From Oligoflexia bacterium (GTDB lineage: Bacteria > Bdellovibrionota > UBA1018), in assembly GCA_903895855.1 (NCBI GenBank), contig CAITVN010000080.1, positions 48,092-112,091 on the forward strand: a stretch of DNA of 64,000 nt, in the 5' to 3' direction. Below the pieces are notes generated by a model. That model was not told where the DNA came from, did not search any database, and worked only from the letters and a program-made list of their open reading frames with translations. Within the stretch, counting starts at the first letter, position 1. Every line of letters starts with the position of its first letter. The translations under genes were made by a program, and so were the position numbers. This document shows, piece by piece, positions 30,310 through 41,117 of this stretch.

Positions 30310-32163
30310 ATGTCATATACTCAAATTCGTAACGCCTGCATCATCGCCCACGTCGACCATGGTAAAACTACCTTAGTTGATCACCTGCTTCGACAATCAG
30401 GCACCTTTCAATCACACCAACGTGTTGAAGAACGAGTCATGGACTCAATGGACCTTGAGCGAGAGCGCGGCATCACGATTTTAGCTAAGAACACTTCGGT
30501 TCGAGTGGGTGACGCAAAGATCAACATCGTCGACACCCCGGGCCACGCTGACTTTGGCGGCGAAGTTGAACGCATCATCGGCATGGTTGACGGAGCTTTG
30601 TTGCTTGTCGACGCGGCCGAAGGCCCACTACCTCAAACTCGATTCGTGCTGAGAAAAGCCCTCACACAAGGTCTGAAGGTGATCTTGGTTATCAACAAAG
30701 TTGATCGCCCTGACGCGAGAACTGACGAAATCGTTAACGCCGCGTTTGACCTATTCATTGACCTTGGCGCCACTGACGAGCAAGCGCATTTTCCGATCGT
30801 TTACGCCTGCGCACGACAAGGGTGGTGCACCACCGATCGCGCTGAAATGGAATTACTACTCAGCGGTGAGAAAAAAGGAAATTTGAAGCCCCTTTTCGAC
30901 CTGATCTTAAACACCGTACCACCGCCAAAAGTTCAAAAACTTGAACCCTTCGCCATGATGATTTCAAACCTTTCGTATTCTGATTATGTCGGTCGCCTTT
31001 CGATTGGCCGAGTTACCGCAGGCACCATCAAAAAGAATCAACGCATTTGGAGATTGAACGAAGGCAAACCCCAGAGCTTTGTTGCCACCCAACTCTATGT
31101 GTTCGAAGGACTCAAGCAAACTGAAGTTCAAGAACTCGAAGCCGGAGAAATCGGCGTCATCGCTGGTTGCGAAGAAACTGAAATCGGCGACACCATCGCT
31201 GACTCTGAGTTGACCCAACCCATGGTACGAATCGTGGTCGAAAAACCGACCCTCGCGATGCTGTTCTCTGTGAACACCTCACCGCTTTCAGGCAAAGAAG
31301 GCGAAGCCATTCAGTCTCGAAAATTAAGAGACCGCTTGCTTCGTGAAGTGAGGCAAAATGTGGCCTTACGACTTGAAGAAACACCGACCACCGACCAATT
31401 TAGAGTCTTAGGTCGGGGTGAACTTCAGTTTGCGATCTTGATTGAACAAATGAGACGAGAAGGTTTCGAGTTCATGATCGGCAAACCGACCGTGCTTTAC
31501 AAAATTGCCGAAGATGGCGGCCGCTTAGAGCCGATGGAGCGAGTCATCGCCGATGTACCTGAAAAGTACGCTTCAGACGCAACCCGACTGTTTCAAGAAC
31601 GAAAAGGCTTATTACTCAAGTACGAAGGCGGATCATCTCACGGCGGTGACCGCGTACGCCTCGAGTTTGAACTGCCTACCCGCGGCTTACTCGGTATGCG
31701 CTCGAAATTCATGACCATCACTCGTGGCGAAGGTCTGCTCAATACCTTCTTAAACGGCTTTGCGCCGCACAAAGGCGAGCTACCTCACCGAAACAGTGGT
31801 GCGCTGATTTCTGACCGCGCCGGCGATACCGTTGAATACGCCCTTCTCACACTCGAAGAACGCGGCGTCTTATTCTTGCGCCAAGGCGTGCCGGTGTACG
31901 AAGGCATGATCATCGGTGAGAACGCCAAAGAAAACGACATGAACGTCAACCCTTGCAAAGCCAAGAAGCTCACGAACATTCGTGCGGCTCACGCCGAACT
32001 CCTGGTCACTTTGTCTGGCATTCGAGACATGTCACTTGAGCAAACCCTCGAGTGGATCGACGAAGACGAGTGGATTGAAGTCACTCCGAAGTCGATTCGC
32101 ATTCGCAAGAAAGTGCTCTCGGGCAATCTTCGAAGCGTGAAGCGAGAAGACCGAATTAAGTAA
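30310..32163 (+). CDS. typA: Translational GTPase TypA/BipA
   Basis: [27 protein letters not shown] and [11 protein letters not shown] motifs. Confidence 0.97.
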   Translation: MSYTQIRNACIIAHVDHGKTTLVDHLLRQSGTFQSHQRVEERVMDSMDLERERGITILAKNTSVRVGDAKINIVDTPGHADFGGEVERIIGMVDGALLLVDAAEGPLPQTRFVLRKALTQGLKVILVINKVDRPDARTDEIVNAAFDLFIDLGATDEQAHFPIVYACARQGWCTTDRAEMELLLSGEKKGNLKPLFDLILNTVPPPKVQKLEPFAMMISNLSYSDYVGRLSIGRVTAGTIKKNQRIWRLNEGKPQSFVATQLYVFEGLKQTEVQELEAGEIGVIAGCEETEIGDTIADSELTQPMVRIVVEKPTLAMLFSVNTSPLSGKEGEAIQSRKLRDRLLREVRQNVALRLEETPTTDQFRVLGRGELQFAILIEQMRREGFEFMIGKPTVLYKIAEDGGRLEPMERVIADVPEKYASDATRLFQERKGLLLKYEGGSSHGGDRVRLEFELPTRGLLGMRSKFMTITRGEGLLNTFLNGFAPHKGELPHRNSGALISDRAGDTVEYALLTLEERGVLFLRQGVPVYEGMIIGENAKENDMNVNPCKAKKLTNIRAAHAELLVTLSGIRDMSLEQTLEWIDEDEWIEVTPKSIRIRKKVLSGNLRSVKREDRIK

Positions 32164-32183
32164 GATTTTCTCAGGTAAGAAAA

Positions 32184-32226
32184 AAAAGGGGGCCTAGGTG
32201 ATCTTCGATCAACTAGGCCCCCTTTT
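32184..32226. terminator. Bidirectional intrinsic terminator
   Basis: aaaagggggcctag...ctaggccccctttt between convergent genes. Confidence 0.85.
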
Positions 32227-32248
32227 CATTTATTATAAGACTTCGCCC

Positions 32249-34015
32249 CTACTTCATGAGTTGAATGTAGGTGGGTCGCAAGACCTGCCTCATCAAGAAA
32301 GAGCTGGCGTTTTGAATCAAAGTGGCTTGAGTCTTGATTTCTGAGTATTGAGCCCCAGCCCCAGCAGCACTCGTAATGATGCGCCAGTAGTGATGATCGA
32401 GGGTTGAAAGCGAAACCGTTCGAACAGGTGACATCGCGTTGCCCCAGTCTTCTAGAGTGAAAAGTTCCCACACATTGATGTGATTCGAGTTGATATTAAA
32501 GCCTTCGCCGCCACCATTTTCGGCAGTCAAATACACTCCTTCAGAGTCTCGAAAGGCACCTTTATAAACCTTGGTTCCATCATTTTGGGTATACGGTATT
32601 TCTAGGTAATCAAACCCACACCACTGTCCTGCCTGATTACCCCCCACTTCACTAAACATGACGAGTGAGGCCTCTTCAGAAAAATCTGACCTTCGCAGGC
32701 AGCGATTATCTTTCAACGTATTAGAATTCTGAAGAATCACTTTAACTCCTTCTAAATCAACCAGGTCAAACGACTCCCAAACTGAAGGCTGCACACCAGC
32801 AACATTCACCTCGCCACCTCCGCCGAGCTTTGCTTGAAGAAAATGATTTTTGTCTGAAGACCTAAACCCAACTGTTCCGTTTGGTTTAGACACTGACTTA
32901 AAAATCTCCCAAGAATCTAATTGAGTTGCAGAGGTGTCTGTTTTGCCACCACCCCCATTTTTTGCCGAAATGTAATTACCGTTGGGCAATTTGAAGGCAA
33001 TGCTATTCGAAGACTGCGAGTTCAAATAACCGAGGTCAATCAATCTAAGCGTCGTCTCAGGTATGATGTAAGTAGCCTCGGCATTTAAGTTACTTTGATT
33101 CTGCAAGTTCACTCCCACATAAGTGCCAGTTTGAGTCTTCAGTGCAACTCGACGGCCATTTAACTCAACCACTTTGAGAGTGGTGGTGAGGTCTTTGAGT
33201 TTTCCTAGACCAGTGAGAAGAGTCGAAGTTAAATTTGAAGTCCCCAGCAGCATACCATAATAGGTGTGCAAATAATCAGTCTTCGAAACCGATCTGAAGT
33301 GATCAAACAACTCCCAGTCGTCGATGTGGTCTTTCGAAGCCGTAATTGCGCCTAATCCGTTGTCGGCACTCAAGTACAAGCCATTCTTTTTTGAGCGATA
33401 GGCAAAGGTTCCATCAAGAAGGTCTACCCGGTAAAACGTTTCATCGGTGCCAATCCAGCGTGAATCAAACTTTACGGTGCCATCGTCATAAGCACGTAAG
33501 TATTTCTCAAGGTACTGGTGGCGAATCGCAACGGGTTCGCCATTTAACCAAATTCCTTTAAATTGAGCTTGTTTAATATTTGAAGTCACGGCGGTCGCTT
33601 CAAGAATCCACTGGCCATCGGTTTTTTCAGTAATTCTCAAAAACTTGCCGTTTGCTGCCACAAATGCCCAAGTATTCGAAAATAGGTCTAAAGAAACCAT
33701 CCTAAAAGTCTCGTTCATCCCAGGATTCGACACCTTCATCGCGCGAATGAGACCCGAATCTGAATTGATCAAACTGAAATACAATCCGCCATTCGTCTTA
33801 AGTTGAGCCTGATTGTCAAACCCAGTGTTGTCAAATGACTGGGCCGGACCAATTTTTTGAGACTCGGCGGCAATGGTTTTCAGTTCTGACGGGTCAGATT
33901 CTTGAATACTGAGATACAGACCGTTATAGGCACGATAGGCCCTACTTCCCGCATTTGCACCAGAAGTCGTTAAAGTAGCGATTACAAGTAGCATCGATGT
34001 CATCATTTTTTTCAT
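32249..34015 (-). CDS. Secreted multi-beta-trefoil fascin-like protein (paralog 1)
   Basis: Signal peptide; repeated YLSAxNG...WE(L/I/S)F units such as YLSADNG..DDWELF and YISAKNGGG..SWEIF. Confidence 0.75.
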   Translation of the reverse strand: MKKMMTSMLLVIATLTTSGANAGSRAYRAYNGLYLSIQESDPSELKTIAAESQKIGPAQSFDNTGFDNQAQLKTNGGLYFSLINSDSGLIRAMKVSNPGMNETFRMVSLDLFSNTWAFVAANGKFLRITEKTDGQWILEATAVTSNIKQAQFKGIWLNGEPVAIRHQYLEKYLRAYDDGTVKFDSRWIGTDETFYRVDLLDGTFAYRSKKNGLYLSADNGLGAITASKDHIDDWELFDHFRSVSKTDYLHTYYGMLLGTSNLTSTLLTGLGKLKDLTTTLKVVELNGRRVALKTQTGTYVGVNLQNQSNLNAEATYIIPETTLRLIDLGYLNSQSSNSIAFKLPNGNYISAKNGGGGKTDTSATQLDSWEIFKSVSKPNGTVGFRSSDKNHFLQAKLGGGGEVNVAGVQPSVWESFDLVDLEGVKVILQNSNTLKDNRCLRRSDFSEEASLVMFSEVGGNQAGQWCGFDYLEIPYTQNDGTKVYKGAFRDSEGVYLTAENGGGEGFNINSNHINVWELFTLEDWGNAMSPVRTVSLSTLDHHYWRIITSAAGAGAQYSEIKTQATLIQNASSFLMRQVLRPTYIQLMK

Positions 34016-34048
34016 AGGCTTTATTCCTTTTTGCACACGTTAATTATT

Positions 34049-34891
34049 TTATTCACACGCCGGAGTCGTCACCACGATTGTGGTTCCGTCTTCGGGTTTT
34101 GAAGTCACCCAAACGGGGCAAGCTCCGTTTGAACAATCGCGAAGTTGGGCTTCAGTTGAGGGTTGAGAACCAGACATTCCGCCTCCGTCGACATGAAGGG
34201 TAATGACCAGGCCACACTGGTTTTTCGGAGTCACTTCAATATCAAACACCGCCAGAGAATTCGGAAGCAATTCAGAATCGTACAACCCAGTGACGGCAAA
34301 AGCCGAAGAGGTTCGTTTACCCAAGGCTTTAAAACTTTCACTCTCGACCGACTTCAATCCCCCACTCTGAAATTCGCCGAGAACACTTCCGCCAACCTTG
34401 ATTTGCTGTATAGAATTTTTATCAGTTGTCGAGACAACCACAAAAACTGGCTTCAATACCCATCGGTTTTTTAACGATATCTTTTTTTGAGAGTTCAATG
34501 GCCAATCTGCGCGAGTATTCACCAAAGCAATCTTAAAGACTCGAGGTGTAGTCGCGGCTTCAGTGCCATCGGCCAGAGTGCCATCGGTGTGATAGTAGTA
34601 TTCAGGCGAGTAAGACCATCCATAGATCTCGTTAGTGCTCTTTTGGTCTTCTCGAGAATGGGGATCTCGAAGAATATTTCCAGCAAGAAACGATGGGCAC
34701 ACAATGACTCCGTCGGTCCAGGCATCAGTATTCATGGCACTGGTGACAAATTCAGGCACTTCGCTCGGCAAAAGGTTTGGCCTAAAATCGACGGGATTAT
34801 CAGACACACAACCAGCGACCCCGGCGACGAAGCCCGAAACACTCAGGGCGGCAACTAGGCGATACATTAGATTTGAGATAATCAGTTTCAC
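34049..34891 (-). CDS. Lipoprotein, unknown function
   Basis: VAGC lipobox; upstream of fascin paralog 1 on the same strand. Confidence 0.65.
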   Translation of the reverse strand: MKLIISNLMYRLVAALSVSGFVAGVAGCVSDNPVDFRPNLLPSEVPEFVTSAMNTDAWTDGVIVCPSFLAGNILRDPHSREDQKSTNEIYGWSYSPEYYYHTDGTLADGTEAATTPRVFKIALVNTRADWPLNSQKKISLKNRWVLKPVFVVVSTTDKNSIQQIKVGGSVLGEFQSGGLKSVESESFKALGKRTSSAFAVTGLYDSELLPNSLAVFDIEVTPKNQCGLVITLHVDGGGMSGSQPSTEAQLRDCSNGACPVWVTSKPEDGTTIVVTTPACE

Positions 34892-35010
34892 AAATTGATC
34901 CTTTCAAGTTTGTTGAGTCAATACTAGACTAAAACGATCAAGTCAATATAGCCGGGCACTTATATTCTTGGCATTACGTTTACCTAATGAGTTGCCGCAG
35001 TTAGCGCTGA

Positions 35011-36816
35011 ATGATAGCAATCGCCGAAATGCTGACAACTCTGATTACGTTATTTTTATTCGTCGAAACCCAAACCCACGCTTCTGTCGATCAAGTAGCC
35101 GTCGGAGGGTTTCACACCTGTGCTATCTCGGGCGACACCCTGACCTGTTGGGGAAACAATCAACTCGGCCAAACCGAAGTGCCAGCTGATCTTGGCATAC
35201 CGCTTTCAGTTGCAGCAGGAACCACTCGAACCTGCGTGCTCGCGCTGAAAGACTCAAAAAAATCGCTTCACTGTTGGGGTGAAGGTAACAACGAAGAGAA
35301 AGAATACCCTCGCCCATCAGATGTCGAAGGCATGACTGCAATCAAAGGCGGAGTAGAAGGCTTTTGTGGAGTGTATCAAGACTCTAGCACCCTCAAGTGC
35401 TGGGGGTCGCCATACTCGATACCACGACGCCATTCGCTACCCGACAGCCTGGCATTTGGAGTCGGCTGGGCGTGTGGACTTTTACCCGATGGTGCAATCG
35501 CTTGCTCGGGAGAAGTTGATCCTGCCTCTCAAAAAATTCCCGCTCAAGTACTGGGCGGCAACGCGGGCCAGATTTGCTGGGCAGACTCAACCGGCTTACA
35601 CTGTGAAACGTCGCTTGGGGCTAACATTCCGGGATCACTCAAGACTCCTTCGATCAACAGACAAATCAGAAAAATCGTCGGAGGACTTCGATTTGGCTGC
35701 GCACTCGACGAAAGTCGCACGCTCATTTGCTGGGGCAACGATTTTGGATCGCTGCCCTGGAATAAGAAAATTGGTCGCCAGGTAGAAGCTGTAGACGACG
35801 TCTTTTCGTCAGGCGTGGGCTTACACCTTTGTCTAAAGAGAAATGGCGCGCTAGAATGTTTTGGTGACAATTCGTACGGGCAACTCGATGTCCCGCAATC
35901 TCTCAGCCCAGCAAAACCGACACCTGCGGCGCCAGAAAACATAGCCAAAAACGTGAGCGATCAAGATGTGCGCGTCACTCAAATTGGTGTTGGCGCCTGG
36001 CATACCTGCGCTAATGTCAATGACACTCCTAAATGCTGGGGCGGTTTCACGCTCTATGGCCCGGCAAAAATTCCTTCTCGGGTAAAAAATGTCATTCGGT
36101 TTACAGGCGGTGCCATGCACACTTGCGCTCTCACTGAACCAGAAACGGGTAAACGAAAAGTCGAGTGCTGGGGAGCACAAGATCCAGAAAATCTAACAGG
36201 ACCTCCACTTTTTCCGATTTTTCCGGTGCCTGAAGATTTAGGTTTTGTCACCGAAATTGCCTCGGGCAACACTCATGTCTGTGCACTCAATTCCGATCAC
36301 GAGATGCGCTGCTGGGGAGAGCTAGACCCTCCTCACTTTGTCGCGGGGGTCAGGTCAATGGCATTAGGCCTTCATTTTACTTGCTACATTGACTTAGAAG
36401 GGTCAGTTCATTGCTCAGGCCCAGACAGTCCTAATTTACCTGAGAATGAATTGAAAAATGTAAAGGCGATCGGAGCCACACTCGAATCGATCTGTGCAGC
36501 GTTCGAAAGCGAAGTGAAATGCTTTAATCTAGAAAAATTAATGCCAGCTTCGCTCAAACTAGTAGGAGTGCGCAAGATTGTTGGCGGCTGGAGCCATGTC
36601 TGCTTTTTAACTGTGTCAGAAGAGTTGCACTGTGTGAGCGAGAAGAAATTAGAAAGCCTCATCAGCTCGCCCATTCCTGAGCACCTATCTGAAGTACAAG
36701 ATGTCGTTTCACAGTCTGGTCAACACATCTGCATCCAGACACAAACAGGGGTAGCTTGTTATGGCAACAACTCGTTTGGCGGTCAATCCCTCACCCCTTC
36801 GAACGGAGACCTATGA
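35011..36816 (+). CDS. Secreted RCC1/BLIP-II repeat protein
   Basis: Repeated GxxHTCA...CWGxNxxGQ units. Confidence 0.85.
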   Translation: MIAIAEMLTTLITLFLFVETQTHASVDQVAVGGFHTCAISGDTLTCWGNNQLGQTEVPADLGIPLSVAAGTTRTCVLALKDSKKSLHCWGEGNNEEKEYPRPSDVEGMTAIKGGVEGFCGVYQDSSTLKCWGSPYSIPRRHSLPDSLAFGVGWACGLLPDGAIACSGEVDPASQKIPAQVLGGNAGQICWADSTGLHCETSLGANIPGSLKTPSINRQIRKIVGGLRFGCALDESRTLICWGNDFGSLPWNKKIGRQVEAVDDVFSSGVGLHLCLKRNGALECFGDNSYGQLDVPQSLSPAKPTPAAPENIAKNVSDQDVRVTQIGVGAWHTCANVNDTPKCWGGFTLYGPAKIPSRVKNVIRFTGGAMHTCALTEPETGKRKVECWGAQDPENLTGPPLFPIFPVPEDLGFVTEIASGNTHVCALNSDHEMRCWGELDPPHFVAGVRSMALGLHFTCYIDLEGSVHCSGPDSPNLPENELKNVKAIGATLESICAAFESEVKCFNLEKLMPASLKLVGVRKIVGGWSHVCFLTVSEELHCVSEKKLESLISSPIPEHLSEVQDVVSQSGQHICIQTQTGVACYGNNSFGGQSLTPSNGDL

Positions 36817-37571
36817 AGATCATGAGTTTCACCTCGCTTCTGACTACCTTTTTCGCCATTGCCAATTTTTCGCCCAGTATCGCACCCGCACTTGCCGGTG
36901 ATCCGGCTGATGATTCACCTCATGATTCATCTCATGTTACAATCGAGCCCGCTCAGATTGATTACCTTTGCATCGCAAGCTTAGTGCAGTTTGCTCCGAA
37001 CACTTCTAAACCCACATTATTAAACTCAGATTCAGCCCCAATCGTCTTTCGACGCAAAGTAGCGAGTTCACTTGGCGGTTCACCAGGTATTTCATCAAAC
37101 AATATAATTGAAGAAACGTATCGATTTAGAATTGCTGCCACCAATCTGTTAACTAATTTAACCAATCGGGCCGAAGAGATAATCCCCCTTCATTCTTTAA
37201 GAGAAGAATTTCCGGGTGTTTCACACCCGAAAGTTGTCGTGTCGTTTACACAATCTGGCCCAGTCAGCAATTGGCCTGGTCAGTATGTATTTGGTGCCAT
37301 TCAAAATGATCAAGGCGACTTCGCTGGTTGCCAAACATTCAGCTATCCTACCGTTAGGTCTTGCAGTGCCACAGTCGCAGTGAATGACGCCGCCCGCGAC
37401 TTTTCGGGTCTTGCCCAACTACACTGTGCTTCGACTGACGAATTGAAGCAAGATCAGGTCAAGCTGTTCAGTTCCAACTCAAAGGCTGACGTCGGAACCC
37501 AAGAACTATTGAGTGAAGTGACTCGCACCGTAAAAGCTTCAGCAAAAAAGACGCCATCGAAAAATCAATAA
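36813..37571 (+). CDS. Secreted hypothetical protein
   Basis: ATGA overlap with the RCC1 gene; GGAG SD; signal peptide. Confidence 0.65.
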   Translation: MKIMSFTSLLTTFFAIANFSPSIAPALAGDPADDSPHDSSHVTIEPAQIDYLCIASLVQFAPNTSKPTLLNSDSAPIVFRRKVASSLGGSPGISSNNIIEETYRFRIAATNLLTNLTNRAEEIIPLHSLREEFPGVSHPKVVVSFTQSGPVSNWPGQYVFGAIQNDQGDFAGCQTFSYPTVRSCSATVAVNDAARDFSGLAQLHCASTDELKQDQVKLFSSNSKADVGTQELLSEVTRTVKASAKKTPSKNQ

Positions 37572-37579
37572 TTTTAGCC

Positions 37580-39391
37580 TCACGGCTTCATCAATTGAAT
37601 GTAGTTTGGTCGCAAAAACTGACGCATCAAGAATGAGGTACCATTCTGAATCAACTTTGTCTGCGCAGTAACCTCAGAGACTTGAGTTGAATCAGCGGGA
37701 TAAACAATTCTCCAAAAGTGCTGATCTAAGGTCGAAATCGAAACCGTTCGCACAGGCGAATTCGCGCTACCCCAATCATTTAGAGTAAACAATTCCCACA
37801 CATTAATGTGGTCGCTATTAATCTCAAACGCTTCGCCACCACCGTTACTGGCCGTTAGGTAATTTCCCTCGGTATTGCGAAAAACGCCTTTGACCACCTT
37901 AGAGCCGTCAGGCTGAATGTACGGAATTTCAATGTAATCAAATGAACACCAAATTCCTGCTTGATTGCCTCCAACTTCAGGATTCATAGCCAAGCTGGCT
38001 TCATCAGCAAGACCTATCGTGCGCACACACCGGTTGTCTTTCAAGGTATTCGAGTTTTGAAGAATCACCTTTTTTCCTTCTAGGTCGACCACTTCGAACG
38101 ACTCCCACTGGCCCGATTGCGTTCCCGTCACATTCACACTACTGCCTCCACCCGAAGCCGCTTGAAGGTAGTGCTTTTTGTCAGAAGTTCGAAATGACAG
38201 CACTCCGTTCGGTTTCGATACGACCTTAAAGATTTCCCACGAGTCGACGGCGGTTGCAGTCGTACCGACGCTAGTACCACCGCCATTTAAAGCAGTGAGG
38301 TATTTGCCATTAGAAAGTTTGATTGCAACTGCATTGGCTGCCAAAGAATCGAGATAACCTAAATCAACGAGGTTCATCACTGCCTCTGAAGGTATTTGAA
38401 TAGTCTCGGCCTTAAGCGGCTGTTGCGCCTCTGCGTCTAGAGTCACATAATTGCCGGACTGGGTCTTGAGCGCAACCCGTCGGCCATTGAGCTCGACCAC
38501 CTTAAGCATGGTTGTGAGGTCTTTGGTTTTTCCAACTCCACTCAAAAGGTCAGACGTTTTCGATGCGGTACCCAAGAGCATGCCATAGTAGGTATGAAGG
38601 TAATCGTTCTTCGCTGTCGTTTGAAAATGGTCAAAAAGCTCCCAGTCGTCAATGTGATCTTTCGACGCGGTGACCAAACCCAGCCCGTCTTCGGCACTGA
38701 AATACAAACCGTTCTTTTTTGAGCGATAGGCAAACGTACCGTCAAGAAGATTCACTCTGTAGAATGTTTCGTCTGCACCAATTCGATTAGAGTCGAACTT
38801 TAATGTTCCATCATCGTATGCCCGCAGATACTTTTCAGGGTATTGATGACGAATTGCTACCGGCTCACCATTTAACCAAATTCTTTTAAACTGAGCTTGT
38901 TTAATAGAAGTTGAGGTAGCAGTGGCCTCCAGAACCCATTTGCCATCTGGCTGTGCTGTAATTCTCAGATACTTACCATTCGCGGCCGCAAACGCCCAAG
39001 TGGTGTAAAACGGATCGAGCGAAACCAATCTGAAAGTCTCATTGGGTCCCGGCGTCGAAGTTTGAATTGCACCCATAAGTCCTGAGTTAAAGTCTATGAC
39101 ACTAAGGTAAAAGCCATCGCTTGTTTTCAACTGCGCTTGATCACCTCCTATTATTGGGTTTTCAAAACTCTGAGAAGGACCGATTCGTTGAGAATCAGCT
39201 ACGACAGTTTTCAATCCGGTTGATGATGAATCTTGAACACTGAGATAAAGATTATTGTAGGCACGATAAGCTCTTGGGCCGGCGCTTGCCAGTGTTGAGA
39301 TCGACAGACTCGCAGCGAAAACGATTAAAACAGCGAGAGCACTCTTTGTCAGATTCAGCATTTTATTTTTCATAAACGTCTTTCTTTTCAT
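37580..39391 (-). CDS. Secreted multi-beta-trefoil fascin-like protein (paralog 2)
   Basis: Colinear and highly similar to 32249-34015 over the full length. Confidence 0.75.
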   Translation of the reverse strand: MKRKTFMKNKMLNLTKSALAVLIVFAASLSISTLASAGPRAYRAYNNLYLSVQDSSSTGLKTVVADSQRIGPSQSFENPIIGGDQAQLKTSDGFYLSVIDFNSGLMGAIQTSTPGPNETFRLVSLDPFYTTWAFAAANGKYLRITAQPDGKWVLEATATSTSIKQAQFKRIWLNGEPVAIRHQYPEKYLRAYDDGTLKFDSNRIGADETFYRVNLLDGTFAYRSKKNGLYFSAEDGLGLVTASKDHIDDWELFDHFQTTAKNDYLHTYYGMLLGTASKTSDLLSGVGKTKDLTTMLKVVELNGRRVALKTQSGNYVTLDAEAQQPLKAETIQIPSEAVMNLVDLGYLDSLAANAVAIKLSNGKYLTALNGGGTSVGTTATAVDSWEIFKVVSKPNGVLSFRTSDKKHYLQAASGGGSSVNVTGTQSGQWESFEVVDLEGKKVILQNSNTLKDNRCVRTIGLADEASLAMNPEVGGNQAGIWCSFDYIEIPYIQPDGSKVVKGVFRNTEGNYLTASNGGGEAFEINSDHINVWELFTLNDWGSANSPVRTVSISTLDQHFWRIVYPADSTQVSEVTAQTKLIQNGTSFLMRQFLRPNYIQLMKP

Positions 39392-39577
39392 TGGCTATTG
39401 ATTGGCTACCTATTGGGTATAGTTATTCTGTCTTCAAACTCCACCACCAATACCTGACCATATTAGTTAAGTCAATAAAACCTGGCCTTATCTTATTGTC
39501 ACACAAGATCGGGTCAATTAACTCACTGCCAAGAAACCGAATAAACGACGCCCTCAAAAAAAAACGCAAAGTTCTTA

Positions 39578-39747
39578 GTCACTTTGTCTGGAATTCGAGA
39601 CATGTCACTTGAGCAAACACTTGAGTGGATCGACGAAGACGAATGGATCGAAGTCACTCCGAAATCGATTCGCATTCGCAAAAAAGTACTCTCGGGTAAC
39701 CTTCGCAGCGTGAAGCGAGAAGACCGAATTAAGTAAGATTTTCTCAG
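39578..39747 (+). pseudogene. typA: Duplicate of the typA 3' end (52 codons, stop and 11 nt downstream)
   Basis: Matches 32005-32174 with 11 differences, all synonymous. Confidence 0.92.
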
Positions 39748-39755
39748 TAAATAAA

Positions 39756-39975
39756 AAGACTTCGCCCCAACTTCATGAGTTGAATGTAGTTTGGTCGCAA
39801 AAACTGCCGCATCAAGAATGAGGTACCCTTCTGAATCAACTTTGTCTGCGCCGTAACCTCAGAGACTTGAGTTGAATCAGCGGGATAAACAATTCTCCAA
39901 AAATGCTGATCTAAGGTCGAAATCGAAACCGTTCGCACTGGCGAATTCGCGCTACCCCAATCATTTAGAGTAAAC
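39756..39975 (-). pseudogene. C-terminal fragment of a fascin-like gene (chimeric)
   Basis: 39780-39975 matches 37595-37790 (5 mismatches); 39756-39789 matches the paralog-1 end 32237-32270 with stop TAG changed to TTG. Confidence 0.88.
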
Positions 39976-40168
39976 TGCAACCGCACAAATAACACCCAGT
40001 CTAATGTTTAATTTTAAATTAAATTATATCGAATAAATTAATTAAATAAACCTAGTAGATTTAATAATTAACAAGTACTTCACCTTTCGAAGCAACAACA
40101 CCCTCACCATCGATGAGGTTTGCGGTCACCACACGCCCCCCCTATTTCTCAAGGCAACTTGAGAAGCT

Positions 40169-41080
40169 ATGAAAGGAATTTGCAGCATGTCAACCCCCAC
40201 TTTTATTCGCTCTCTTAAACCACTTACGCCATTAGCGCTCAGTTTCATCTCTGCGCTGGCAATCGCAGACATCCATGCCGACGAATTGGGTGATCACAGT
40301 TTAGAAATTCATCAACGCCGCCTTCACGTTGGCGAGGTACAAATCGACAGTGGATTTGTAAAAACTCAAGACGGCAGCGGAACCGACGTTAGAATTCAAA
40401 CGTCTCTCGCATCGTTTGACAACACGTTTGGAGACGCAAAGACACTTTACCTTCAATGGACATACCTCGCCGATCAAAAGGGCTACCGAGTACACTTTGG
40501 ACTTGAAGATTCTCAAGTTCTCTTTTTTTGCACCACCTCGAACGGCACGAGCCTCAGTTTTCTTAAATTTATGTCTGATTGCAAACCCAGCACCTTTGCT
40601 GTCGGCGGCAAAGTCCTCGACGTACAAGTCGACACAAACACATCGCGCTGGGCTGTTCGTTGGGCCGAACTCACCGGGGTGATCAATGCACTACAGAACG
40701 GAAACGATGACAGTTACCAGCATAAGCGGCTCAATTTTCTAGGGGGCGCAAGCATTGACACGATTTTTCCGGGCAACACCACAGTGACCCGACTCAACGC
40801 CGGAATGATCGGCATGATTCGCTCAAGAGACAATCACTGGGAACTGCGTGGACAATTCAATTATCGCCCCAACGTTGGCAATATGGCCGACTATGCAATC
40901 GAAGCTAAAGCCTCGGCAGGTTACAACTTCATGATGGGCCCAAGCGCGTTTGCGACAATCGCGGCCACCAGCGAATACGCCCATTGGAGTATGCCCTGGC
41001 ATTCGATCGGTGATTTCACCTCAGATACCGCGACCGACACCGTTTATACTGGACTCTTATTTGATATCAAATGGCAATAG
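40169..41080 (+). CDS. Secreted/outer-membrane beta-rich hypothetical protein
   Basis: Signal peptide; beta-strand pattern ending FDIKWQ. Confidence 0.6.
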   Translation: MKGICSMSTPTFIRSLKPLTPLALSFISALAIADIHADELGDHSLEIHQRRLHVGEVQIDSGFVKTQDGSGTDVRIQTSLASFDNTFGDAKTLYLQWTYLADQKGYRVHFGLEDSQVLFFCTTSNGTSLSFLKFMSDCKPSTFAVGGKVLDVQVDTNTSRWAVRWAELTGVINALQNGNDDSYQHKRLNFLGGASIDTIFPGNTTVTRLNAGMIGMIRSRDNHWELRGQFNYRPNVGNMADYAIEAKASAGYNFMMGPSAFATIAATSEYAHWSMPWHSIGDFTSDTATDTVYTGLLFDIKWQ

Positions 41081-41117
41081 ATCATGCGAAAATAAGGGGT
41101 TAGTTTACCGAGGTTGA

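Noticed and set aside
37595..39975. DGR template/variable repeat pair (fascin C-terminus and its copy)
   Set aside because: No reverse transcriptase in the window. The 5 mismatches are not adenine-specific on the coding strand and 4 are synonymous. Duplication together with the typA end explains it better.
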